64,000 bases of DNA, from positions 10,697-74,696 of the forward strand of contig CAWAJW010000018.1 in assembly GCA_963782475.1 (NCBI GenBank). The letters run 5' to 3'. A program made the position numbers and the translations under genes. The number at the start of each line of letters is the position of its first letter. The first letter of the stretch is position 1. A model generated the notes under the pieces. That model did no database searches. It had not been told where the DNA came from and worked only from the letters and a program-made list of their open reading frames with translations. This document shows positions 53,381 through 63,458 of this stretch, piece after piece. This stretch comes from an uncultured Bacteroidota bacterium. Lineage in GTDB: Bacteria; Bacteroidota; Ignavibacteria; Ignavibacteriales; Ignavibacteriaceae.

Positions 53381-54664
53381 CTATATTCTCAGTTTCAGAT
53401 TTATTTCCGTACCTTCTCTTTCTTGTGAAGAAAAATTTAATTTTGCTTTTATATCTTCTGCACGTTTCCTCATAATACCCATTCCTTTCCCCTTATGATC
53501 CGACGAAGGCTCGAATCCTTTACCATCATCTTTAATAGTTATAGAGATATTGTCTTTATCTTCAACACTGACAAGGAGAGATAATTCTTTACATTGACTA
53601 TGCTTAACTGCGTTATTCATCGCTTCTTTAAGAATTAACCAGATATTCTTTCTTTGTTCCGGTGATAAATTTGTTGAAGGAAGATTTTCTTTTGGAGGTA
53701 TATCAAAATTAAATGCAATGGATTTTGCACGGCAGATGCTTACATAAGTATCTTTAATTCTTAATAAGAGGTCATATATCAATTCAGGTTTCGGGTCAAT
53801 CGCCCAGATTATATCCCGTATTGAATTTATTGATTCCTGGGAAATTACAGAGATCCTTTCAAGGAATTGTGCTACTATTTCGGGATTCTTCTCCAGCTCT
53901 TCCTGAATTATTTTACTGAACAAGGATATACTGCTTAAATTGGATGCAATTTCGTCATGAAGATCAGAAGCGATACGTGTCCTGATCCTCTGTTCATTTA
54001 TTTCTTTTTCAGCTTCAGTCTCTTTTGCCTGAAGCTCTGCTTTTTCAGCTCTAAGCCGGGCATACTCAGCTTCCTGCTTTTTTTCAAAATTTATCTGCTG
54101 AAGCTCGGAATTTTTAATTAATTGTCCGGCCTGGACTGATATGATTGAAAGAAGAGTCAGGTCATCATCCGAGAAAGACAGCTCCCCGTTATGCCCCCGT
54201 TTTTTATTCAGCATCTGCAATATTCCGATTATCTTTCCGTCGAACCAGATCGGTGAACAGATTAAACTTTTTATACTTTCCTTTTCAGTTTCAGTAGCCC
54301 GGAACCTTTTATCCCTGCTTAAATCTTTAATGAGTAAAGATCTCTTATTAGATATAACCCAGCCGTTAATATGCTCTCCTATATGCGGGGTTTTATTTAA
54401 CTTACTATTATTTGCCTGCTTAATAAATGTTTTAAAAGTTTCCCTACTTTCGGATATAAGGAGAATCGCACCATGTTCGGCATTTACTGCATTTATAGTC
54501 TTGTTCAAAATTAATTTAAGAGTCTGATCCAGATTCCCGGCTCTTCCGGCAGCAAGAGCAATTTCATTCAAAACTCTTAGTTCGGAAACTGCAGTTTGAA
54601 AACTATTGATCTCTCTTTCAAGCTGCTCTATTCTTTGTTCGTATTGATCTATTTTATTTGACAT
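53381..54664 (-). CDS. cytoplasmic GAF-domain sensor histidine kinase (HisKA_3/NarX-type)
   Basis: No TM segment. N-terminal coiled coil and a GAF-like region. H-box RIASDLHDEIASNL, N-box EAMNNAVKHS, G-boxes DDGKGF and GKGMGIMRKRA. Confidence 0.88.
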   Translation of the reverse strand: MSNKIDQYEQRIEQLEREINSFQTAVSELRVLNEIALAAGRAGNLDQTLKLILNKTINAVNAEHGAILLISESRETFKTFIKQANNSKLNKTPHIGEHINGWVISNKRSLLIKDLSRDKRFRATETEKESIKSLICSPIWFDGKIIGILQMLNKKRGHNGELSFSDDDLTLLSIISVQAGQLIKNSELQQINFEKKQEAEYARLRAEKAELQAKETEAEKEINEQRIRTRIASDLHDEIASNLSSISLFSKIIQEELEKNPEIVAQFLERISVISQESINSIRDIIWAIDPKPELIYDLLLRIKDTYVSICRAKSIAFNFDIPPKENLPSTNLSPEQRKNIWLILKEAMNNAVKHSQCKELSLLVSVEDKDNISITIKDDGKGFEPSSDHKGKGMGIMRKRAEDIKAKLNFSSQEREGTEINLKLRI

Positions 54665-54694
54665 AATTTGGATTACTCACAAAAAATAGATGCA

Positions 54695-57313
54695 TTATTT
54701 TAAAAAAGAGTTTTCAATCATTACAAACTTGGTACTCCTTTTATGTTCTAAATAGATTAAATCTTTATCATCATTGCTTACATTAAATCCCAGCCCCCAA
54801 TAATTCATTAAGTTGGTAAAGTACCCCATTTTTTCCTTTCTTCCGGAAATAAAATTGTACCTCCAGATTTCATTATTAATATTCTGCATATAAGCGTAAT
54901 TTTGATTTACAATTACCTGCAGGAAATTTTCAGATGAAAACAGATATGCGGGCGAATTATTTTTTCCTGATTTTAATACAAGATAATATTTCCCCGAATT
55001 CTTATAGTGCAGATCGCAGTAAAAAATAAATTTATCTGCAGCTACCGGGAAAGCCAAAGTCGAATCTTTATAGATCTTCTCTCTTTTAATTCTATCTATT
55101 GATATTTTTTCAGTGAAGTGATTTTCTATAAGAACCAATGAAGTGTTATCTATCCACATTCCGGCTTTCCCTATTCCTAAAAATTCAGGAGGTTCCGGCT
55201 TTTCAATATTAATTAAGAATGTTTTTCCAATATCATCTGCATTATTCGGGGAATATTGTGTAAATGCAAGGTACTTTCCATCCGGGGAGAAGATCAAAAA
55301 TTTTTTCTTCGAATTATCAAAAGTAACCTGCCTCAGATTACTTCCGTCCTTCTCCATAATGAAGATTTGGGTGTTTGGTTCCGGGGCAGGCTTATGGAGA
55401 GAGAAAGCTATTCTTTTCTGATCAGGTGAAAAAGCAGGATCAGTTATAAGTCTTTCATCAAAAGTTATCTGCTGATATTTTGATTTAATCAGGTCGTCAA
55501 TCCAGATATTTGAGAAATCTCTCAGCTGGTAGTAAAGAATATTTTTTAAATCGGACGAAGCAGATATTTCCAGGTCCGGTCCGTTGCCTTTTGTAATCTG
55601 GATAGTTTTCCCCCCGTTTGCAGGAATCGCCCAGATATTCATATTGCCGCTTTTATTTGATGAATATAATACCACTCCTTCGTCAGTCCATTTTTGATCT
55701 TCAATATTAGATTTATCAAATGTTAATTGCTTTTCTTCACCGGTAATGAGATTCCTGATAAACAGTTCATCAAATCCGGAATCAAAAAAACGTGATCTAA
55801 CTATTGAGTATCCGTCAGGTGAATAGCTAAAGCTAAACCGGCCGTTTATTTTCCACCTGTCTTTAAAAGTTAATTTCTTATTACTTCCGTCTATATTCAT
55901 TGTCCAGAAACTGATTAATTCAGATTTTGGATAATGTTCTCTTACGAAACCGATTTGTTTGCCGTCCGGTCTCCACCCGGAAGCAATCACATTTTCAGCA
56001 ACTTTCTTTTCAATACCTCCAACGGAAGGAATTATGTAAAGATCTTTGCCAAGATTGTATAATATAAAACCTCCATCAGGGGAAATATTCGCGTAATGTA
56101 TATAGGGAGAAAAATCATTAGTTACTCTTCTCGGTTGCCGGACAGAACTATGCATTAAATAAATATCCCATTTATCATTTTGATCAGAAGCCGGGAAAGC
56201 GATCCAGTTTCCGTCGGCCGACATGCTTGGAATTGAAATATCCGTAAATGAAATTGTAAGTTCTTCTATTCTCATTTCAGGGTTAAGATTTACGGGTTTA
56301 TTTGAAAAAAATAAATAGTAAATAGTTATGAAAACAATTCCGGCAGTAAAAATACCCCAAATAATTTTTGATGATGGAAAGGCAGAATCATTTCTGTTCC
56401 ATTTAAAACCGGAAGAAATCTTTTGGGTTCCGGTTTTTACTAATTTTCTTCTTTCCTTAGAGATACCGTTCCCTTTTTCTTCATCAAAAATAGATTTAAT
56501 GTTCTTTAAATCTTCCAGCAATTCTTTTGACGATCCATAACGTTTCTCTTTATCCTTCTCCAGGCATTTCCGGATTACATCATCAAACAAAGGATCAATA
56601 TTGCTTTTTATTTTTGAAACAGGTGAAGCTTCCTCGTTAACTATCTTATAAATTACTGCCGCCTCATGAACTCCTTTAAATGGCAAATCTCCTGTCAGCA
56701 GTTCAAATAAGACTATACCAAATGAAAATATATCGGTACGGAAATCAACATCCAGTCCCTGTACCTGTTCGGGGGACATATAGCTTAAGGTACCCATTGT
56801 AGAGCCAATCTTCGTAATCCTTGATGCATAATTGGATGAATTAAGCTTTGCCAATCCAAAATCCATTATTTGAATTCTCCCCTCTTTCCTGATCATTATA
56901 TTTTCTGGTTTAATATCCCTGTGGATTATTCCTTTTTCATGTGCTGCCGACAATCCCTCAGCTATCTGGATCCCAATGTTAATAATTTCCTTTATTGATA
57001 AATCTTTGCTTAAATTTCGTAATGTTCTCCCTTCCAAATATTCCATAGCAATGAAGGAATGTTTATCTCCCGAAGGATCCTGATACTCATGAATACCATA
57101 TATTGTGCAGATATTGGGATGGTTAAGTGCCGAAGCGGTTTTTGCTTCTTTTATAAATCTTTTCTTTTCTTCTTCTGAATCGGAAAAACGGGGAGGTAAA
57201 AATTTAAGCGCTACAAACCTGTCAAGTTTTGTATCAAGAGCTTTATATATCTCACCCATTCCTCCTTCCCCTACTTTTTCAATAATTTCATAATCCAGTA
57301 TAGTATTGTCCAC
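54695..57313 (-). CDS. Hanks-type Ser/Thr protein kinase with one TM helix and extracytoplasmic TolB-like (PD40) beta-propeller repeats
   Basis: GEGGMGEIYKA, VALKFL, HRDIKPENIM, DFGLAK and YMSPEQ are present. TM helix IIWGIFTAGIVFITIYYLFF. The C-terminal ~500 aa contain repeated SPDG/S.DG...I.F units. Confidence 0.9.
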   Translation of the reverse strand: MDNTILDYEIIEKVGEGGMGEIYKALDTKLDRFVALKFLPPRFSDSEEEKKRFIKEAKTASALNHPNICTIYGIHEYQDPSGDKHSFIAMEYLEGRTLRNLSKDLSIKEIINIGIQIAEGLSAAHEKGIIHRDIKPENIMIRKEGRIQIMDFGLAKLNSSNYASRITKIGSTMGTLSYMSPEQVQGLDVDFRTDIFSFGIVLFELLTGDLPFKGVHEAAVIYKIVNEEASPVSKIKSNIDPLFDDVIRKCLEKDKEKRYGSSKELLEDLKNIKSIFDEEKGNGISKERRKLVKTGTQKISSGFKWNRNDSAFPSSKIIWGIFTAGIVFITIYYLFFSNKPVNLNPEMRIEELTISFTDISIPSMSADGNWIAFPASDQNDKWDIYLMHSSVRQPRRVTNDFSPYIHYANISPDGGFILYNLGKDLYIIPSVGGIEKKVAENVIASGWRPDGKQIGFVREHYPKSELISFWTMNIDGSNKKLTFKDRWKINGRFSFSYSPDGYSIVRSRFFDSGFDELFIRNLITGEEKQLTFDKSNIEDQKWTDEGVVLYSSNKSGNMNIWAIPANGGKTIQITKGNGPDLEISASSDLKNILYYQLRDFSNIWIDDLIKSKYQQITFDERLITDPAFSPDQKRIAFSLHKPAPEPNTQIFIMEKDGSNLRQVTFDNSKKKFLIFSPDGKYLAFTQYSPNNADDIGKTFLINIEKPEPPEFLGIGKAGMWIDNTSLVLIENHFTEKISIDRIKREKIYKDSTLAFPVAADKFIFYCDLHYKNSGKYYLVLKSGKNNSPAYLFSSENFLQVIVNQNYAYMQNINNEIWRYNFISGRKEKMGYFTNLMNYWGLGFNVSNDDKDLIYLEHKRSTKFVMIENSFLK

Positions 57314-57789
57314 CAGTTATTGCCCTAATAATTATGATAAGGTTACGGCGAACAGGATTACCTTCACCGATCTTTCAGGAATTTTATACTCTAACATTAT
57401 TCTGCTAATCATAAATTCCTTTTTAAGCAATTCCGGAATCCTTTTAACGGGTAAAGTGAACTATTTGTATTAGGAATTGCAAAATATTAAATATTAGTCA
57501 TGAAATTCTTTTGGTAAATTGAGGACTAAGGGGAATGGAAACATATGCTTAATAATGCTAAAATATTTTCATTTATGCAAATATTTGTTTTTAAGAAAGG
57601 CGAAAAGCGCATCTTAGGAAGTCCTGATTCCATCAAAAAATTTTACATTTATAACCAATTAAGAAAAAACGAAATGATTTAAAGAATTGATCTGTGATTA
57701 TTATCATCTCAAATAACATAGCTTTTAAATAAAGAGAAATTTTGAATAATTACTCCGCGAAATATAAATTATTTTATAATGCTCTTAAA

Positions 57790-58935
57790 TTAAAGTGATC
57801 CTATAGAATGGGCTTCTATAAATGATGCTTCTCTAATTTGTTCAGGTGCCTTTCTATTAATTCTACCATAAATATTTTTCACTACAAATTCCGAATCTCT
57901 TGAAACCCCATGTATCATTGCTGAGGACAATGAATAAAGGAAATGCAATCCGGTAAAATATAATCCAGGTTCTTTTTTCACTATTCCGCGATTATGTATT
58001 GGTTCTCTATCTTTAAAAACCGGGATATCTATCCAGGAGAAGGATGGATAAAACCCGGTACACCAAATAATATTTTTTACATCAACCGATTCTTCATTTT
58101 CGAGTAAAGGTAATCCATCGCGGACTCCGGCAACTCTTGGAACACGTTTAATACCTGTTTTGGTAAATTCTTTAGGCTTTATTCTAATTAATGGGCCGCC
58201 TATTGAAGTTACTTTTGGACGAATTTTTCTCCCTATCGGTGTATTTGTAGTTAATACTCTATGGAATAAAAATCGTATTACTAATCTTGCCAATATAATT
58301 TTAGAAAGTTCTCCTTTGATATTAAAAGGGATATGCCCGACGTCTCTCCCTGATAACCAAACCTGATGGTTATTTTTTGCTGCCTCAAGTGCTATTTCTG
58401 CACCAGAATTACCTGCTCCAACTACCAGAACACTCCCGTTTTGAAGCTGTGATTGATTTCGATATTCAGAGGAATGGAGCTGTACAATATCAGAATTTAG
58501 TTCTTCAGCGTATTGAGGTATCTTCGGATTTTGATAATTTGACATTGCAATTATTACATATTCAGCCTGGAAATAATGGTTTCCTGCCGTTATACAATAT
58601 AAATTCTCTTCTCTTGTAATCCCGTCCACTTTAACCCCGTTTCTTATGGGAAGATTAAAATGGGCGGCATAATTTTCAAGGTAATCCGCCATTTCATCTT
58701 TTGTGGGGAAATAATTGGGAGAAGCCGGGAATGGCAATCCGGGCAGAGAGTCAAATTTAGCAGGCGTAAAAAGATGGAGAGAATCCCACCTATTTCGCCA
58801 TGAATCGCCGATCCTCTTATTTGCATCAAGAATTACAAAGGGGATTTTACATTTTGATAAATAATAACCTGCAGATAATCCCGCCTGACCGGCACCAATG
58901 ACAATTACTTTAAACTTTTCTATTTCATTACTCAT
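57790..58935 (-). CDS. FAD/NAD(P)-binding oxidoreductase (flavin monooxygenase / CzcO-like)
   Basis: Two dinucleotide-binding motifs, IGAGQAGLSAG and VGAGNSGAEIA. 381 aa. Confidence 0.75.
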   Translation of the reverse strand: MSNEIEKFKVIVIGAGQAGLSAGYYLSKCKIPFVILDANKRIGDSWRNRWDSLHLFTPAKFDSLPGLPFPASPNYFPTKDEMADYLENYAAHFNLPIRNGVKVDGITREENLYCITAGNHYFQAEYVIIAMSNYQNPKIPQYAEELNSDIVQLHSSEYRNQSQLQNGSVLVVGAGNSGAEIALEAAKNNHQVWLSGRDVGHIPFNIKGELSKIILARLVIRFLFHRVLTTNTPIGRKIRPKVTSIGGPLIRIKPKEFTKTGIKRVPRVAGVRDGLPLLENEESVDVKNIIWCTGFYPSFSWIDIPVFKDREPIHNRGIVKKEPGLYFTGLHFLYSLSSAMIHGVSRDSEFVVKNIYGRINRKAPEQIREASFIEAHSIGSL

Positions 58936-59124
58936 TTATTCACCTCATATTATATAAATAAACATTTAACTACTGATGCTAAAGTATAAAGTGAAAAAGA
59001 GATATAAATCAGCGGTACTACGTATTTTTCAATAAAGATATACGTAAAACATTAAGAGGATTTTTCCTGCTTTAAATTTTTCAGCCTAAGTCCAGGCAGT
59101 ATTTAGCTGGTGCTTTCACTTAAA

Positions 59125-60795
59125 CTAAGTGAATATAAGTTTATGCCTTATTGCATAAGATGCTGCAAAAGCCCTGGCAGATTTTCCCGAAATTCCCATT
59201 TTGCTGTAGATATTCGTTATATGTTTTTCAATTGTTCTAATGCTAAGGAAAAGTTTTCCTGCAATCTCTTCATTATTTTTTCCTTCTGCAATCAGTTTTA
59301 ATACTTCAAGTTCTCTACCGGTGAATTCATACTCGTTGCTTCCCCGTTCAGCCGCCTTCTCATTGTACAAATTCTTCAGAAGATACCTGGCTTTTTCAAA
59401 ATCTTTTTCCGCGCCTAATTCTTTAAACGTTATAATGGCGCTGTTTAATTCTCCCTCTGCCTGAGCAAACCGGTTTAACCTGGTTAAGACACCGGAAAGA
59501 ATTAACCTGGTTCGCGATGATTCAAACGGGAGCTTTATTTTATCATAAATGTCTACTGCATCCTCCAGATATTGCTTTGCTTGTTCATAATTGTTCCTGG
59601 CAAAATTTAAATTGCCGCAGGCGCTTAATAATGAAGCCTTTAACGGAAGTGTATTTATCGCATCAGAAATTTCTTTTAGTTCATTCAAAAGTGATCCAGC
59701 CTGTTCATCTCTTCCCAGCTTTATGTATATCTGGATTAATAATTCAACTCCTGCAGTTCTTTCAGCTTTTTCTTCTACAGGAATTCTCCGCAAATACTTT
59801 TCAGCTAAATCGAAAGCCTTTTCATATTCTCCTTTATCAAAATAAAGATATGCGAAGTACAAAGATTTCAGAGGATGAGAATCAATTTCAGTCAGCATTC
59901 TTTCTGCTTCATCCCATTTTCCCTGTCTTCTCTTTAAATCAGCTAACCTAACATTACATGCATTTACCTGCACAGGTCTGAATTCCTTCAATTCGTTGGC
60001 TGCAGTTAAAAATTCATCTTCCGCTTCTTTCCAATTCCCTTTCCAGATTAAGACTCCTGCATATTTCATCCGGCAGTTTGCAAACATTGCTTTGAATCTC
60101 CACTTTTTGCACATTTCCTTTACATTGTTACACCATTGACTTGCTCGTTCATAATCCCGGATTCTTTCACACGCGTCAATTAAAAAACAGCAGGTTATTG
60201 TAGTAATTTTTATATCTCCCTTTTCAGAAGTTGAAGCAAGAAGAGTTGCTTCATCAAGGAGCGGCATCCCTTCGGAAATTTTTCCTTCCACTACTAGAAT
60301 AAATCCCTTCAAAGCTTCCGCAAGCATTTCACCGTCAATATAGTTAAGTGATTTGCTGAGAGCCATACTTTCATCAATAAGTTTAAAGGCGAGTTCCGTA
60401 TTTTTTTCAGCCTGGAAAGCCCACCTAGCCTTCAAGATTTTTATCAAACCAAGTTCCCAAGATCCGGGCATTCCTTCCAAAAGGTTTTCAGCTCTTTGCA
60501 GCCAGCCGCTTGCGACGGCAAATTCCCCTTTAAATTCAATATAATCCACGCCAATCCAGCTTGCATTACGTGATGCTCCAAGCTTGTCATTATTTTCTAA
60601 AAACAGATTGTAAGCTTTTAATCTAGATTCAAAAACACCTTGTGCATCATTCAGCCACCAGTTTACCCACCCGAGCTCTTCATAAACTTCGGCAGATTTC
60701 TCTTTCTTCAGGGCATTATCCAGTAGTTCTTTGGCTATTTCCCATTCACCCGTTGCCAAAGCTTGACGGCCTCTTTTTAATAATTCATTTGACAT
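59125..60795 (-). CDS. TPR-repeat LuxR-family transcriptional regulator
   Basis: About 480 aa of TPR-like helical repeats, then ELTGRELEVLKLIAEGKNNEEIAGKLFLSIRTIEKHITNIYSKMG (LuxR HTH). There is no receiver or ATPase domain. Confidence 0.8.
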   Translation of the reverse strand: MSNELLKRGRQALATGEWEIAKELLDNALKKEKSAEVYEELGWVNWWLNDAQGVFESRLKAYNLFLENNDKLGASRNASWIGVDYIEFKGEFAVASGWLQRAENLLEGMPGSWELGLIKILKARWAFQAEKNTELAFKLIDESMALSKSLNYIDGEMLAEALKGFILVVEGKISEGMPLLDEATLLASTSEKGDIKITTITCCFLIDACERIRDYERASQWCNNVKEMCKKWRFKAMFANCRMKYAGVLIWKGNWKEAEDEFLTAANELKEFRPVQVNACNVRLADLKRRQGKWDEAERMLTEIDSHPLKSLYFAYLYFDKGEYEKAFDLAEKYLRRIPVEEKAERTAGVELLIQIYIKLGRDEQAGSLLNELKEISDAINTLPLKASLLSACGNLNFARNNYEQAKQYLEDAVDIYDKIKLPFESSRTRLILSGVLTRLNRFAQAEGELNSAIITFKELGAEKDFEKARYLLKNLYNEKAAERGSNEYEFTGRELEVLKLIAEGKNNEEIAGKLFLSIRTIEKHITNIYSKMGISGKSARAFAASYAIRHKLIFT

Positions 60796-61012
60796 AAAGA
60801 AAATATTATATTGAAAGAACAGGTTTATCTATAGTAGTTCTGTATAAGGAAGAAATTCACCAGGATGATTAATTAAAGATAACAATTATTTAATGAATCT
60901 GTAGTGATTGCAGAGAAAACATTAATGAAACAGAAATTAACTAACCCTGCGATCGATGATCAAATTACTGGCATTCTGCGGTAAAAAAAATATTAAGGTG
61001 GAATTTTTCAGT

Positions 61013-62980
61013 TTAATTCTTTGATTCTTCTTTTATTTTAACAAGCAGAAATGTTATGTCATCTGCCTGCTGGCAGCCGTCGAGCCATTTTTCCGCTGCT
61101 TTTAATAAATCATTTATAATATCGGGCGAGTTCCTCCGGGCAGCATCTGAAAAAATATTTTTTGCTACTTCCATGTCGAGCATTTCCATATTAGAGTTGA
61201 ACAGCTCAACGAAACCGTCGGTCAAAAGGAGTATCATGTCTCCAGGCTCTACCTTAAATATTTTCTGATGATATTGAAAATCGTGGAATGCACCCAGCGG
61301 CATCCCTTTTAGAATAACTTCTTCAATTGAACCGGTATTTTTTCTGTATATTAAAAAAGGAGGCATTCCCGCGGCTGAAGCTGTAATCCTGTACTTTTGT
61401 ATTTTCAGGACAGTCATACCCATATATAGATTTCCGAGGTTCATTTTTTTTATTGTCCTGGTGCAGTGATTAAAGAAATCAGGTATAAAAAAAGTATGGG
61501 CCATTGCATCAAAGAGGCTTTTTATGAGTGCAACCATAATACCTGCTTTTATGCCGTGCCCCGTAGCATCACCGATAGTGAGAGTTATTGTTCCGTCACC
61601 GGCTAAGTGGTAATCGTAGTAATCACCGCCAACTTCTGCGGCAGTCTTCATTCTTGCGGATATTTCGAGATGCGCCACCTCGGGGAAGCATTTCGGCAAT
61701 ATCGACAGCTGAAGTTTTCGTGCATCTTCAAGTTCCTTTGACTTCCTTTTATTTTCCTCTTCAAGAAATTTATTCTTCAGCTCCTGTTCCTGGTTCAGCT
61801 TTTCCTGCAGAATTATTTTGCGGTTTGATTTAGCAAAACTCTTCGAAAGAAAAACCGACATGCAGATAAATAAACCGATCGTTCCGTAAGGGTATCCGTT
61901 ATTAAAATTTCCTATCATATTAATTAAATTGAAATCCAGCAGCCAGTCATAGAATGAGAAAATAAAAAGAATTGAGAAGCCTGCAGCAATAATCCAGACT
62001 CCTTCGGTTTTTAGTTTTGAAGCATTTATTATTATTCTAAAGGATTCAACGAGAACAAGGATCATTCCTATCTGCAGGAAGAAAAAATTATCTATTGGTT
62101 TGATTACGGCTGCAGTTGCTGCAAATAAATAGTATGCAATTATACCCCAGAAGAATTTTCCCGGCTTCTGTTTTAACATAGAATACAAAACAGTGAGCAC
62201 CAGAATCTGTGTCAATGACATCAGGATCCTGTGAATCCTTAATGCGAAAAGTTGTTCCGTTATACTTACTGCAAGGCCGGACTGGTAATCGATAAATATG
62301 CTTGCAGCATATACAAAAAGAAAAACCGAGTATATGAGATTTTCTTTAAATTGTTTGTTGAACAGAAATAAAATGAGGTGAAGAAGACCGAATGCCAGAG
62401 TTATTGCAGTAAAGAACATTTGCTCATTTGAATATCTTCTTAATTCCTGCATATCCGATTTCATAATATCATCAATATTTCCCAGGCCGATTTTAAAGCC
62501 CCCGCTAAAACCTGCATCTTTGTAATAGGACGGATCATCGTTTACATACTTAACAGCCAAAATATGATTTTGTTTTTCATTAAAGGTGACAACTTTAGGA
62601 TGTTTCCAGTTTGAATTTTCCCCGGCAAATTTACCATCGATATAAACTTCCTGTTTACCTGCCGACCAGATATGAAGATAAACGGGCTGGTTAAATAATG
62701 CAGAATCGATTGAAAAATGAAACCGGAAGAAGCCGGTACCATTATAGTTTGAAGGGAAACCGGCATTTTGAATCGAATTCACTTCAGTCCAGATGCTGTC
62801 GTTAAAACCGGAAGAATCCCAGTTCCGTGTAAAAACCGGGCTGTATTTCCATCCTGAAGTGAAATAGATAATAGTTTCTTTTTGTAATTTATCAAGAGTC
62901 AGGTTAACGGTTTTCACTTCCCCTTCGGTTAGTTGAGAAAAAGAAAAAAGGAAAAGGATTAAAGCAAGCATTACATTCAT
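61013..62980 (-). CDS. 7TM-DISM receptor fused to PP2C/SpoIIE-type Ser/Thr phosphatase
   Basis: Signal peptide plus a ~170-aa extracytoplasmic domain, seven hydrophobic helices, and a coiled coil. PPM motifs follow: GGDYYDY, IGDATGHG, LLLTDGFVE, DDITFL. Confidence 0.85.
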   Translation of the reverse strand: MNVMLALILFLFSFSQLTEGEVKTVNLTLDKLQKETIIYFTSGWKYSPVFTRNWDSSGFNDSIWTEVNSIQNAGFPSNYNGTGFFRFHFSIDSALFNQPVYLHIWSAGKQEVYIDGKFAGENSNWKHPKVVTFNEKQNHILAVKYVNDDPSYYKDAGFSGGFKIGLGNIDDIMKSDMQELRRYSNEQMFFTAITLAFGLLHLILFLFNKQFKENLIYSVFLFVYAASIFIDYQSGLAVSITEQLFALRIHRILMSLTQILVLTVLYSMLKQKPGKFFWGIIAYYLFAATAAVIKPIDNFFFLQIGMILVLVESFRIIINASKLKTEGVWIIAAGFSILFIFSFYDWLLDFNLINMIGNFNNGYPYGTIGLFICMSVFLSKSFAKSNRKIILQEKLNQEQELKNKFLEEENKRKSKELEDARKLQLSILPKCFPEVAHLEISARMKTAAEVGGDYYDYHLAGDGTITLTIGDATGHGIKAGIMVALIKSLFDAMAHTFFIPDFFNHCTRTIKKMNLGNLYMGMTVLKIQKYRITASAAGMPPFLIYRKNTGSIEEVILKGMPLGAFHDFQYHQKIFKVEPGDMILLLTDGFVELFNSNMEMLDMEVAKNIFSDAARRNSPDIINDLLKAAEKWLDGCQQADDITFLLVKIKEESKN

Positions 62981-63458
62981 TTCATTGGAAAGTTATTTTA
63001 TGAAAAATAAATAAACAATTTTACTTCTACAATTTCGAATAATTTTAAATGGAAGGTTAAAACACATTAAATTTGGTTTCCTTTTAGCCTAAAAGAATTT
63101 TTTAGGAACCGGATTGTTAATCGATATTCTCTTCTAAGGCTGTACACTTTATTCTTCACGCATGTTTTTAATAAAGGCCGAATGGATATCTTGAAGTCAT
63201 AGTATAGATTGCAGCCGGAAGATGACTGCCTGAAGAGACGATGGAAGCCTTTTAAAGGCCTTCTGAAGGCTGTTAGATGGCTGTTAGATACATGGTATAT
63301 GGATTCAAATTAAAGGATTTAAAATTATTAATGCTATTTTAAAAGGAAATTTTGCTGTAGGAATTTTTTTTAAGATAAGAATGATAAGAATATTAAGTAA
63401 CTAGTTTTTTGTAATAAGTAATATCATCAATTTTGAACGTGTATATGAGAAGAAGGAT

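Noticed and set aside
63268-63289. Tandem direct repeat ggctgttagat x2 in the spacer before the restriction-enzyme remnant.
   Set aside because: There are only two copies of 11 nt, with no further periodicity and no associated gene. That is too little to call a repeat element or binding array.
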